Source: Candidatus Latescibacterota bacterium
Lineage (GTDB): Bacteria; Latescibacterota; UBA2968; GCA-2709665
Direction: 5' to 3'
Assembly: GCA_965205485.1 (NCBI GenBank)
Contig: OZ242180.1
Span: 5,024,001 to 5,088,000, forward strand
Length of the DNA: 64,000 bases
Positions 47,952-57,081 of this stretch are shown here, in pieces. Made by a program: the position numbers and the translations under genes. The number at the start of each line of letters is the position of its first letter. Positions within the stretch are counted from its first letter, which is position 1. A model generated the notes under the pieces. That model was not told where the DNA came from and did not search any database. It saw only the letters and a list, made by a program, of their open reading frames with translations.

Positions 47952-49208
47952 GTGACACAGCATCAGACCGATAGGCGGCCGATCCGGGTCGGCATCATCG
48001 GTGTGGGCCGGGGGCAGAGCTTCGCCCGGGGCGCGACCGACACGGTGGGCATGAAACTCGTGGCGCTCTGCGATACCTGGAAGGAGAAGCTCGAACAGGT
48101 CGGCAGGGAATACGGGGTGGCCACGTACACGGACTACGATCGCTTCCTCGAACATGAAATGGATGCGGTCATCCTGGCGAACTACAGCCACGAGCACGCG
48201 CCGTTCGCTATCAAGGCGCTTCAGTCGGAAAAGCACGTGATGAGCGAAACGGCGGCGTGCAAGACGCTCGCCGAAGGCATTGCCCTCTGCCGGGCGGTGG
48301 AATGCAGCGGCAGGATCTACATGTTCGCCGAAAACTACCCTTTCTCCTCGGCCAACCAGGAGTTGCGCCGCCTTTATCGCAGCGGCGAGATCGGAAGCGT
48401 CACCTACGCGGAAGGGGAATACAATCACGCCGCCGAGGAAGACTGGCGCCTGGGCATCTCTCCGGGGTTGAATCACTGGCGCAACTGGATTCCTCCCACC
48501 TACTATTGCAGCCACGCGCTCGCGCCGCTGATGTGCATCACGGGGACGATGCCGGTTTCCGTCAACGCGCTCTCGATCGTTGAAGAACCCACCCAATCGC
48601 CCCACCGCGTACGCGTGGGGGACCAGGGCGGTCTGATCCTGGTCCGCATGGACAACGGCGCCGTCTTTCGGATTCTGGGCCTGCAGCTCAGTTCCATTCA
48701 CAGGGTACGCTACGAAATCCACGGTGAACGGGGTCTCATCGCCACCGCCGAACCCAACCACTGGAGCTGCGTCCGTATTCATCACGAAGACTGGCTGCGC
48801 GACAGGGGTCAGCCACTGGACCGGACATACACCGCCGACTGGCCCGAACATGGCGATCTCGCCCGGAAGGCCGGCCACGGAGGCGGAGACTTCTGGACCA
48901 ATTTCCACTTTGCCCGCGCCATCCGTTCAGGACGCCAACCCTATCTGAACGTGTATCGGGGCGTCGCCATGGGCGCCGTCGGCGTGCAGGCCTGGCGTTC
49001 CTGCCTCGAAGACGGCGCCCCGTTTCCGATTCCCGAATTCCGGCGGAAGACGGCCTGCGGGCCCTACGTCGAGGACCACTGGTCGCCCTACCCTGAGGAC
49101 GCCGGCCCCGGCCAGCCGCCCCCCAGCACCCGTGGTTACGTGAAACCCGGCCCTGACGCCGTCCGATACGCGCGCCAGCGCTGGCGCGCGCTCGGCTACG
49201 ACGGCTGA
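47952..49208 (+). CDS. Gfo/Idh/MocA oxidoreductase
   Basis: GVGRG, HVMSE, FAENY, EGEY, YYCSH, GHGGGD. Confidence 0.88.
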   Translation: MTQHQTDRRPIRVGIIGVGRGQSFARGATDTVGMKLVALCDTWKEKLEQVGREYGVATYTDYDRFLEHEMDAVILANYSHEHAPFAIKALQSEKHVMSETAACKTLAEGIALCRAVECSGRIYMFAENYPFSSANQELRRLYRSGEIGSVTYAEGEYNHAAEEDWRLGISPGLNHWRNWIPPTYYCSHALAPLMCITGTMPVSVNALSIVEEPTQSPHRVRVGDQGGLILVRMDNGAVFRILGLQLSSIHRVRYEIHGERGLIATAEPNHWSCVRIHHEDWLRDRGQPLDRTYTADWPEHGDLARKAGHGGGDFWTNFHFARAIRSGRQPYLNVYRGVAMGAVGVQAWRSCLEDGAPFPIPEFRRKTACGPYVEDHWSPYPEDAGPGQPPPSTRGYVKPGPDAVRYARQRWRALGYDG

Positions 49209-49251
49209 GGCGCGGCGACAGACCCGTTTTTGGACAGGCGTGATATCCAAC

Positions 49252-50268
49252 ATGTCCGGACCCAGATCAGACGTTGTCATCACGGATTTCATCTCAAATC
49301 CCAATCTTGAGAGGGAGATTCTCCGCGGCGTTGCCGACGTCCGGGTCCTGAATGCGACACGGGAAGATGAACTCGCTGGCAGGATCGAAGACGCCGACGC
49401 CATTATTCCCTACCACTATATCGTCATTTCCGCGCCGACCCTGAACCGCCTCCGGAACTGTAAAGTCATCGCACGCGGCGGCGTCGGATTCGACAACGTA
49501 GACGTGGCCCGCGCGCGCGAACTGGGCATTGCGGTTTGCAACGTGCCGGACTACGGGACCGAAGACGTGGCCGATTCGGCCGTGGGCATGGCGGTCTCGA
49601 TGATCCGGGGCGTTGCGTTTCTGAACTCCCGCCTGCGCGCATCCCGGGGACCCTGGTCGCCCTCCCAGGCGGCGCCCCTTCAACGCATCCGCGGCAGCGT
49701 GTTTGCCATCATCGGCCTGGGGCGCATCGGCACGGCCGCCGCCCTGCGCGCAAAGGCGCTGGGCATGGACGTGTGTTTCTACGATCCGTACAAGCCGGAC
49801 GGATACGCCAAGGCCCTTGGAATACGCCGCGTGGAGTCCCTCGAGGAAACCCTCGGCCAGGCCTTCACGCTCAGCGTCCACTGCCCGCTTACGGACGAGA
49901 CCCGCCACATGATCGACGCCGAGGCCGTCGCGCTCATGCCTGAAGGTTCGTACCTGGTGAACACCGCCCGCGGCGCGATCGTGGACACGTCGGCGATCCC
50001 GGACGCCGTCGCTTCCGGCCGTCTGGCCGGGGCGGGAATCGACGTTTTCGAATGGGAACAGCTCAAGGAAGACGATCCCCTCGTCGTCGCCTGGCGGGAC
50101 CCCGGTCACCCCGCGCACCATCGCGTGCTCTTGACGCCGCATTCCGCCTTCTACTCGGAGCAGAGCCTGACGGACCTGCGCGCCAGTACCGCCGAAACCT
50201 GCAGAAGAGCGCTGCTCGGCCAACCGCTCAGAAACATCGTCAACCTTCCTGCAACCAAAGGGCCATAG
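49252..50268 (+). CDS. D-2-hydroxyacid dehydrogenase, CtBP-like
   Basis: GVGFDNVD, NVPDYG, GLGRIG, VNTARG, TPHSAFYSE. Confidence 0.9.
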   Translation: MSGPRSDVVITDFISNPNLEREILRGVADVRVLNATREDELAGRIEDADAIIPYHYIVISAPTLNRLRNCKVIARGGVGFDNVDVARARELGIAVCNVPDYGTEDVADSAVGMAVSMIRGVAFLNSRLRASRGPWSPSQAAPLQRIRGSVFAIIGLGRIGTAAALRAKALGMDVCFYDPYKPDGYAKALGIRRVESLEETLGQAFTLSVHCPLTDETRHMIDAEAVALMPEGSYLVNTARGAIVDTSAIPDAVASGRLAGAGIDVFEWEQLKEDDPLVVAWRDPGHPAHHRVLLTPHSAFYSEQSLTDLRASTAETCRRALLGQPLRNIVNLPATKGP

Positions 50269-50330
50269 CCGGTTGATCGTCACGGTTCCATGCGTCGCTC
50301 GGCAGTGAGCGCTTCAGGACAGGCGGCACC

Positions 50331-51836
50331 ATGCAATCCGATCATAACATCCTCCTGCTTTCAGACGGTCCAGGCGGAACCATCGGGGCCGATCTCGACG
50401 TCCTCTATCCTGGCAAGGTCAGACGCCTCGACATCAGAAACGAACACTGCGACGCCGGCGTACTCGGCCGGCATGAATTCGTGATCACCGTCGTGAATGA
50501 CGGACGCAATCTGCACCACCTGGACTACGGCGCCGTCACCGAATTCGCGAAATCCGGTGGGCAGGTCATCTCCTGCCTCTTCGAGTACGCTCGAAGCCGG
50601 GGCCTGCACTTCAGCAAGACCCACGTGCAGGACCGCATTCGCCCCGAGATGCGAATCGAAATCGAGAACGACGTCACCCGGGGCTATTCCGTCGGCGACG
50701 CCGTGTGGTGGTACGGAACCGTCACAAGCGCCCCCGATCAGAGCTATGCCAACCAGATGTTCCAGCGCCAGGTCCTGGGCCAGGAGACCACCGGGAGCGT
50801 TTCCGCGCTGGGCATTTCCAACCTGAACAGCGGCGCCGTCATGCTCGAAGAACGCGTCGGCGACGGACGCATCGTGGCCATGGACCTCGCGTCGCCGGTG
50901 CGTCCGTGGTACAATTCCTGGGGCAGCACGAACAAATATCTGTTTCTCGGCAACATCGTCAACAACGCCGTTCGTTACGGCAAACACTATCCTGAACGAC
51001 TGTCCTACGACGGATTCGTCGAACTCATGTTCGACGCGGTGGAACGGTATCCGGACCTTTTTCTGATCGACGAAGGACGTTCCAGCGACGGAAGGCCGAT
51101 GTATTCCCTGAACGTCGGCGATGAATCCAGGCCCACAATGTACTTCGGCGCCGCCATACACGGCTGGGAATGGGAGAACGCGTACGGTCTGCTTCGCCTT
51201 GCGGAAGTCCTGTGCGAAACCCCGAACGTGGAGGGGTTGAACACCCGAGATCTGCATTTCAAGATACTGCCGGTGCAGAACCCGGGCGGATTCGACCGGT
51301 TCACCCGCCAGAACTCCCGGGGCGTGGATCTGAACCGCAACTTCGATTGCAACTGGGTCGGTTTCCACTATACGCAGGACGTGCGGATGCCGTGGGACTA
51401 CAATTACATGGGCGCGCAAGCCGCATCCGAGCGGGAGACGCGGGTCATCCAGCGCATTATTGACGAACACCGTCCGCTCTGCGTCATCGACTTCCATACG
51501 GCCGACTACATCATGATGCTTCCGCACAAGGGAGACGGGGAACTGCTCGCGGCCATCCATGCTGACATCCGGGACCGCCTGGAGAACCGTTACCTGACGC
51601 AGAAGCCGTACGGAGGCGCGTTCCAGCAGGTGAACATGGACCGCATCACCGAATTCCGTCCCCCGGAGCCGTATTGCATCTCCTACGCGGCCGAACGCGG
51701 CACGCCGGCCGCCTTCCTTATCGAAATGTCCGGCAATCGCGACGACGTACACGCACTGGTCATGAATACGGATACGGTCGTCGAAATCTGCCTTGCAGCC
51801 GTCAAGCACTGCCTGCTCAAAGGAGGCCCGAAGTGA
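50331..51836 (+). CDS. M14 zinc carboxypeptidase domain protein with N-terminal extra domain
   Basis: IHGWE, RQN..VDLNRNF, IDFH, LIE. Confidence 0.85.
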   Translation: MQSDHNILLLSDGPGGTIGADLDVLYPGKVRRLDIRNEHCDAGVLGRHEFVITVVNDGRNLHHLDYGAVTEFAKSGGQVISCLFEYARSRGLHFSKTHVQDRIRPEMRIEIENDVTRGYSVGDAVWWYGTVTSAPDQSYANQMFQRQVLGQETTGSVSALGISNLNSGAVMLEERVGDGRIVAMDLASPVRPWYNSWGSTNKYLFLGNIVNNAVRYGKHYPERLSYDGFVELMFDAVERYPDLFLIDEGRSSDGRPMYSLNVGDESRPTMYFGAAIHGWEWENAYGLLRLAEVLCETPNVEGLNTRDLHFKILPVQNPGGFDRFTRQNSRGVDLNRNFDCNWVGFHYTQDVRMPWDYNYMGAQAASERETRVIQRIIDEHRPLCVIDFHTADYIMMLPHKGDGELLAAIHADIRDRLENRYLTQKPYGGAFQQVNMDRITEFRPPEPYCISYAAERGTPAAFLIEMSGNRDDVHALVMNTDTVVEICLAAVKHCLLKGGPK

Positions 51837-52837
51837 AAATCACCGAAATCGACCTCTTCGAAGTGGAGGTCCCGCCCATACCGGTTATTGCCAGATACCA
51901 TCCCAAAGTCTATTCGATCACGCTGTGCCGCATCCGCACCGACGGCGGCCTCGAGGGCATCGGCGAGTGTCAGGGCGAGCCAGGCCAGTTCGCGGAACGA
52001 GCCGACGCGCTTACCGGAAAAGACCCTCTCAATCTGGATCCGTTCGCCCAGCCCGATCCCTTCGCGTGCGCGCTCCTGGACATCGCCGGCCAGGCCTACG
52101 GCATCCCGCTCTGGCGTTTTTTCGGAGAGAAGGTCCGCGACCGCATCCCGGTTTCCTACTGGTCGTGCGCCATGCAACCCGAGGAGACCGCTGCCGAGGC
52201 CGAGGTCGGCGCCGGACTGGGATTCACGAACCATAAGCTCAAGGCGCGGCCCTGGAACATCGTGGAAACCGTCCGGCTCATGAAGGAAGCCACGGGGACC
52301 GAATACACCGTCGGCGTGGATCCCAACACGGCGTTTCGGCACCCCACCGTCGCCGCCCGCCTGGCGGAAGAACTGGAACCCATCGGAACCGTCGCGAACT
52401 TCGAAGATCCCGTACTCAAGAACAACCTTGATTGGTACCGCCTCCTGCGCCAGAAGACCCACATCCCGATCGCGTTGCACCTGGGCCCGCCCGGAGGCGT
52501 ACTGAACGCGCTGAAGGCCGAATGCATCGACTACGTCAACCTGGGTGGACCGGCGCAGCAGGTGAAGAAGTCCGCTGCCATCGCGGACGCCGCAGACGTC
52601 CCCTGCTGGGTGCAGATGGGCGGCCTGTGCCTGGGCGTCCTCGCCGCGTATTCCGTGCATGTCCAGGCGACCATTCCAAACGCGACCCTGCCATGCGACG
52701 AACTGCCGTTCACCCGCGTCGCCGACGTCGTGAACGGCGCCCTCGTCGTAACGGACGGGCACTTCGTTCTGCCGGAAGGACCGGGACTGGGCGTGAAGCT
52801 GGATATGTCCACGGTAGAAAAGTACCGCACAGGTTAA
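51833..52837 (+). CDS. Enolase superfamily (MR/MLE) protein
   Basis: MKITEI, GIGE, KLK, DPN, EDP, PGLGV. GTG start with RBS AGGAGG. Confidence 0.88.
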   Translation: MKITEIDLFEVEVPPIPVIARYHPKVYSITLCRIRTDGGLEGIGECQGEPGQFAERADALTGKDPLNLDPFAQPDPFACALLDIAGQAYGIPLWRFFGEKVRDRIPVSYWSCAMQPEETAAEAEVGAGLGFTNHKLKARPWNIVETVRLMKEATGTEYTVGVDPNTAFRHPTVAARLAEELEPIGTVANFEDPVLKNNLDWYRLLRQKTHIPIALHLGPPGGVLNALKAECIDYVNLGGPAQQVKKSAAIADAADVPCWVQMGGLCLGVLAAYSVHVQATIPNATLPCDELPFTRVADVVNGALVVTDGHFVLPEGPGLGVKLDMSTVEKYRTG

Positions 52838-52863
52838 TCGACATCCGTTACCGGAGGTAAGCC

Positions 52864-53202
52864 ATGCTCCAACTCGCACAAACCGTCCTGGCGCTTTACG
52901 GTATCATGCTGATCGCGGGCGGGGTCGTGGGCAAACTCAAATCGGACAGTTCGGTCTCGCTCGCCGCGGGCGGCATCAGCGGCCTGGTCGCGTTGTACGC
53001 CTGGTGGACCGTACACACGGACCCGGCAACGGGGCTGCTCATCGGCCTGATGCTCTCCCTGCTGCTTACCGGGATTTCCCTGAGTCGATTCATCAGGACC
53101 CGCAAACTGATGCCCGCGGGCGTGCTGCTCATCGCCAGCATCGTCACCGCCGGCCTCCTGTCCTATACGCGCAATCTGCTCGGTATCACCGGTTCCGTCT
53201 GA
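52864..53202 (+). CDS. TMEM14 family membrane protein
   Basis: YGIMLIAGG..G..S..SLAAG, RF..TRKLMPAG. Confidence 0.85.
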   Translation: MLQLAQTVLALYGIMLIAGGVVGKLKSDSSVSLAAGGISGLVALYAWWTVHTDPATGLLIGLMLSLLLTGISLSRFIRTRKLMPAGVLLIASIVTAGLLSYTRNLLGITGSV

Positions 53203-53220
53203 ACCACGAGGGATGCATCC

Positions 53221-54423
53221 ATGAAGATCACCGACGTCCAGGTGCGGGAAGTCTCGGTGCCGCGCATCTATACCACATACGCAGCGGACCCGCAGAACCT
53301 GCAGCCCGGGGAGGACCTCAGCCGGTCCCGTTATCAGATTCTCGAGTTCTTCACGGACACCAGCCACGTGGGGCTGGGTGAAGTCCCGGACATCGCCGAC
53401 CGGATGAATCCGCTCCGGGCCGGCGACCTGCGCGATCTCCTGCTGCAAGCGCTGAAAGACGGCGACGTCGCCGATCGAAACGTTCTGGGCACACGGATCG
53501 CCGATGAACTTCCCAAGGGCATCCATCCGGAACTCAGGGGCCTGACGATGTTCGGCGTGGAGATCGCCCTGCTCGACCTTGCCGGAAAACAGTACGGCGC
53601 CCCCCTTTATGAACTTCTGGGCGGGCGCCGTCAGGATCGCGTCGACGTCTGCTGGGTCGCCTATATGCGGCGGGGCGTCTCGCTGCAGGAAGAGCTCGAC
53701 GCGCTTGAGGATGAAATCAGTACGATGGTCTCACGGGGCCTCCGGGCCTTCAAGCTCAAAGTCGGCGAGGATCATTCGCGCGATCTGGACCGCATCGCGC
53801 GCTTTCGCCATGTAGCGGGTCCGGACGCCTACTTCAAAGCCGACGCCAGCGGCGCGTGGGAGGAGGACGAAGCCGTTGGCAAAATCCGGGACATGGCCGC
53901 TGCCGGCATCGACGCCTGCGAGACGCCGGTGGTCGCGGTGAACCGGGCCGTGGCCAACGACAATCCCGAGCGGATCAATGAAAACGCCGACGCGGCGGCC
54001 CGCTCTCTTGCCCGCGTCCGGAAACAGACCTCCGTTCAGATCATCGAACACGTGGCGGATCTTGACGACGGTTTTACAACGGCTCTCGTGCGCCACCGGG
54101 CAGTGGACGTCATTAACGTCATCCCCTCCCAGGCAGGCGGCATTCTGCGCAGTCAACGTCTGATTCATATCGCACAGGCGGCCGGCGTCCCCGTGCTGCT
54201 GGGCAGTACCGTCGAGATGGGTCCCGGCACCGCCGCGTTCGTCCACCTGGCCGTTGCGTCCAGTAACGTAACGGTACCGTCGGACCTGGTCGGGCCGGCG
54301 CTCCTGGTGGACGACGTCTGCAAGACACCGTTCAGGTACCGCGACGGCTCGCTCGAACCCTTCGAAAAACCGGGCCTGGGCGTCGAGCTGGACGAAGAAA
54401 AGATGAAGAAATGGGCGGTCTGA
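53221..54423 (+). CDS. Enolase superfamily (MR/MLE) protein
   Basis: MKITDV, GLGE, ALLDLAGK, KLKVG, PGLGVELDE. Confidence 0.88.
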   Translation: MKITDVQVREVSVPRIYTTYAADPQNLQPGEDLSRSRYQILEFFTDTSHVGLGEVPDIADRMNPLRAGDLRDLLLQALKDGDVADRNVLGTRIADELPKGIHPELRGLTMFGVEIALLDLAGKQYGAPLYELLGGRRQDRVDVCWVAYMRRGVSLQEELDALEDEISTMVSRGLRAFKLKVGEDHSRDLDRIARFRHVAGPDAYFKADASGAWEEDEAVGKIRDMAAAGIDACETPVVAVNRAVANDNPERINENADAAARSLARVRKQTSVQIIEHVADLDDGFTTALVRHRAVDVINVIPSQAGGILRSQRLIHIAQAAGVPVLLGSTVEMGPGTAAFVHLAVASSNVTVPSDLVGPALLVDDVCKTPFRYRDGSLEPFEKPGLGVELDEEKMKKWAV

Positions 54424-54508
54424 CGGCTAGTCTGTTGACAAAGTCACTCTGAAGGCGAGGCCGGACGGTTTGTTTCAACGGGCTGTCCGGCGACATTCAC
54501 CTCGACGT

Positions 54509-54889
54509 TCAATCCCGGGCGCACGGGCCCAGCGACGCCGCCTCACAGTACTTCCTCAATTTGCGCATCGCACCGCCCACCTGCCGTCCCCCTCGCGTAA
54601 TGCCGAACAGGTGCTGGCTGACCACGCGGCGGGAGATCCCCATAATCTCCGCGATCTCCCGCTGGGTTTTCCCGTGGCGGAAATACAGCAGCGCCGCTTC
54701 CCTCTGTCTGTCCGTAAGGCAATGCGGGAACGCTTCGATAATCCGGATGGCCACCGCGGCAACCCGGTCTTCCCGCACATATCGCAGCTGCCGGTCTTCA
54801 CGCGACTCAAACCAGATTCCATTCTCGTTCGGTATCTTCTCAAGGTCCCGCTGATTCAGCCGGATTTCCCAGAAATCAGAATTGTACAT
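54509..54889 (-). CDS. Stand-alone sigma-70 region 4-like HTH protein
   Basis: ATG 54889 with RBS GGAGGTGA. LTDRQREAALLYFRHGKTQREIAEIMGISRRVVSQHL. No region 2. Confidence 0.85.
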   Translation of the reverse strand: MYNSDFWEIRLNQRDLEKIPNENGIWFESREDRQLRYVREDRVAAVAIRIIEAFPHCLTDRQREAALLYFRHGKTQREIAEIMGISRRVVSQHLFGITRGGRQVGGAMRKLRKYCEAASLGPCARD

Positions 54890-54935
54890 AAAACCGATCG
54901 TCACCTCCGAATAACGACAACCCGCACAGGCGGGC

Positions 54936-54970
54936 ACAAAAATACCGCGGGGCGAATCCCTGCCCGCGGC
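54936..54970 (-). terminator. Leader (attenuator-type) terminator
   Basis: Minus: GCCGCGGG-CAGGGATTCGC-CCCGCGGT then ATTTTTGT, upstream of the sigma4 gene RBS. Confidence 0.65.
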
Positions 54971-55014
54971 TTCGGAGGGACGATCGAGTTGCAACACGTA
55001 CGGCTGCGAATCCG

Positions 55015-55068
55015 TCAGAAACCCTCTGGAGGCGGACAGGTTGCGTGGAAAATTCCGTTCAGCGTCAT
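55015..55068 (-). CDS. Putative 17-aa leader peptide MTLNGIFHATCPPPEGF
   Basis: RBS GGGAAGGGAGG 6 nt before ATG, PPP tract, followed by terminator. Confidence 0.55.
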   Translation of the reverse strand: MTLNGIFHATCPPPEGF

Positions 55069-55168
55069 GTTTCGCCTCCCTTCCCAATTTCGTTCAGGTC
55101 AGTTGCTCGATGCGTGACCATTCCGCGCTCAGTCGACCCAAGCCGATGTGCGCGCAACAGTCCTCCAC

Positions 55169-55197
55169 AATATACACAATAGCGGATGCACTTTCGA
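55169..55197 (-). promoter_or_regulatory. Extended -10 promoter for leader/sigma4 unit
   Basis: TCGAAA-17-TATATT with TGTG extension. Confidence 0.5.
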
Positions 55198-55199
55198 GA

Positions 55200-56534
55200 C
55201 TAATCGTCATCCGGCGCGCGTGCCGTCTGTGACTTTCGCTGTCTCAATGACTCCCACCAGTCCATCAGTTCCCGGATTCTCTGCTCGTAACCCCGGTCGG
55301 AGGGACGATAATAGATCCGACCCTCCAGATTCTCCGGCAAATGGCTCTGCGACACAACCCCGTCCGGGTCGTCGTGTGCGTACTGATAACCCCGACCGTA
55401 TCCCAGTTCCTGCATCAGGCCCGTCGGCGCATTTCTGAGGTGCATCGGTACAGGCAGATTCGGCTGCTCCCTGACGTCCTTTTGCGCCGCACCATAAGCC
55501 GCGTAGACCGAATTGCTCTTGGGCGCCGTGGCCAGGTACACGGCCGCGTGCGCAAGCGCCAGGTCGCCCTCGGGACTGCCCAGAAAATCGTACGCTTCCT
55601 TTGCGGCCAGCGCAATCGAAAGCGCCCGCGGATCCGCGTTCCCGATATCCTCCGACGCGAACCGGACCATGCGGCGAAGGATGTATTGCGGGTGTTCGCC
55701 CGATTCCAGCATGCGCGCCAGCCAATACAGCGATGCATGCGGATCGCTGTCCCTCAAGGTCTTGTGAAGCGCCGAGATCAGGTTATAGTGTTCCTCGCCG
55801 CTCTTGTCGTAGAGTAACGCTTTGCCGCCCATCGCCGCCTTGACGGCCTCAGCGGTCACCCTCGCGCCGTTCTCCAATGACGCCGATACCGTTTCCAGCA
55901 CATTGAGCGCGCGCCGGGCGTCTCCCTCGGCCGCGCTCGCAATCACCTCCAGGGCATCGCCGTCGGCACGAAGACCTGGCAGTCCGCGCCCCTCTCCCGC
56001 GAGCGCGGCATTCAGGATTTCGCATATCGACGGCACGTCCAGCAGATTCAACACGAACACCTGGGTCCGCGACAGCAACGCCGCGTTCACCTCGAACGAG
56101 GGATTCTCCGTCGTGGCCCCGATCAGACTGATGGTGCCGTCTTCGACGTGTGGCAGAAACGCATCCTGTTGTGCACGATTGAACCGGTGAATCTCGTCGA
56201 TGAACAGGGTGGTCCGCCGCCCGTTCCGGCGGTCCCCTCTTGCGCGCGCGACAATTTCCCTCACCTCCTTTACTCCGGAGGTGACCGCGCTGAATGCCAC
56301 GAACCGGCTCTTCGTGGATTCGGCCACGAGACGCGCCAGCGTGGTCTTGCCCGAGCCCGGCGGTCCCCAGAAGATCATCGACGGCGCCCGGTCGCTCTCG
56401 ATCAGCTTGCGAAACGGCGCATCCGGCGCGGTAAGGTGATCCTGCCCCCGCACTTCATCCAGGCTGCGCGGTCTCATCCGATCCGCAAGCGGCGCCTCCG
56501 GCTCCAGAGCGGCGAACAGGTCATCCCCGCCCAT
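55200..56534 (-). CDS. rarA: Replication-associated recombination protein A (RarA/MgsA)
   Basis: PLADRMRP, WGPPGSGKTT, DEIHRFN, TTENPSF, ASEDIG, VPMHLRNAPT. Confidence 0.96.
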   Translation of the reverse strand: MGGDDLFAALEPEAPLADRMRPRSLDEVRGQDHLTAPDAPFRKLIESDRAPSMIFWGPPGSGKTTLARLVAESTKSRFVAFSAVTSGVKEVREIVARARGDRRNGRRTTLFIDEIHRFNRAQQDAFLPHVEDGTISLIGATTENPSFEVNAALLSRTQVFVLNLLDVPSICEILNAALAGEGRGLPGLRADGDALEVIASAAEGDARRALNVLETVSASLENGARVTAEAVKAAMGGKALLYDKSGEEHYNLISALHKTLRDSDPHASLYWLARMLESGEHPQYILRRMVRFASEDIGNADPRALSIALAAKEAYDFLGSPEGDLALAHAAVYLATAPKSNSVYAAYGAAQKDVREQPNLPVPMHLRNAPTGLMQELGYGRGYQYAHDDPDGVVSQSHLPENLEGRIYYRPSDRGYEQRIRELMDWWESLRQRKSQTARAPDDD

Positions 56535-56805
56535 ACCCTCTCCTCGACCGTTTCGACAGTGATTTCAGTCTTCGCACCAGGGCCTTCTCGTTTACGCGGT
56601 ATGCGAACGCTTCTTCACCGTTTACGTGCACAACCGGGACCCGGTCATTGTATCGCGCAACCCATTCGGCGTCACTGTCGATATCGACGATTTCAAGCCG
56701 GAACGGGACCCGCCGTCCGGCGGACTCGATGCGCCCTTTCGCGACATCGCAAAGATGGCAGTCGTTCCTGGAGAACAATCTGACGACGGGGAGGGGTTCG
56801 GACAT
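56521..56805 (-). CDS. Glutaredoxin-like protein (DUF836)
   Basis: CHLC, VDID, RVPVV. Confidence 0.85.
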   Translation of the reverse strand: MSEPLPVVRLFSRNDCHLCDVAKGRIESAGRRVPFRLEIVDIDSDAEWVARYNDRVPVVHVNGEEAFAYRVNEKALVRRLKSLSKRSRRGYGRG

Positions 56806-57081
56806 CGGTCTGACCGGCGGCCTGCAGGGCGGCGGGAATGGCGAATTGGACGGCGCGATCCGCCGAAAAGTTAACCCCAAAGCCACAACGCGTCAAGCGG
56901 AAAGGGCGCGTGAATCCCTGCCCGGATTTCTCTTGTCCCGCGTGTAATAACCCATATCTTGAATTCGCCCGAAGTCCTTTCGCGCCGCCAGGAAATGTCT
57001 CTCCGGAACAAATCCTCACCCGCGCGCAGCCACACGACGAAAAGACTTTAACCGCCACTGTCAAACGAATCCTGAAGAGAA

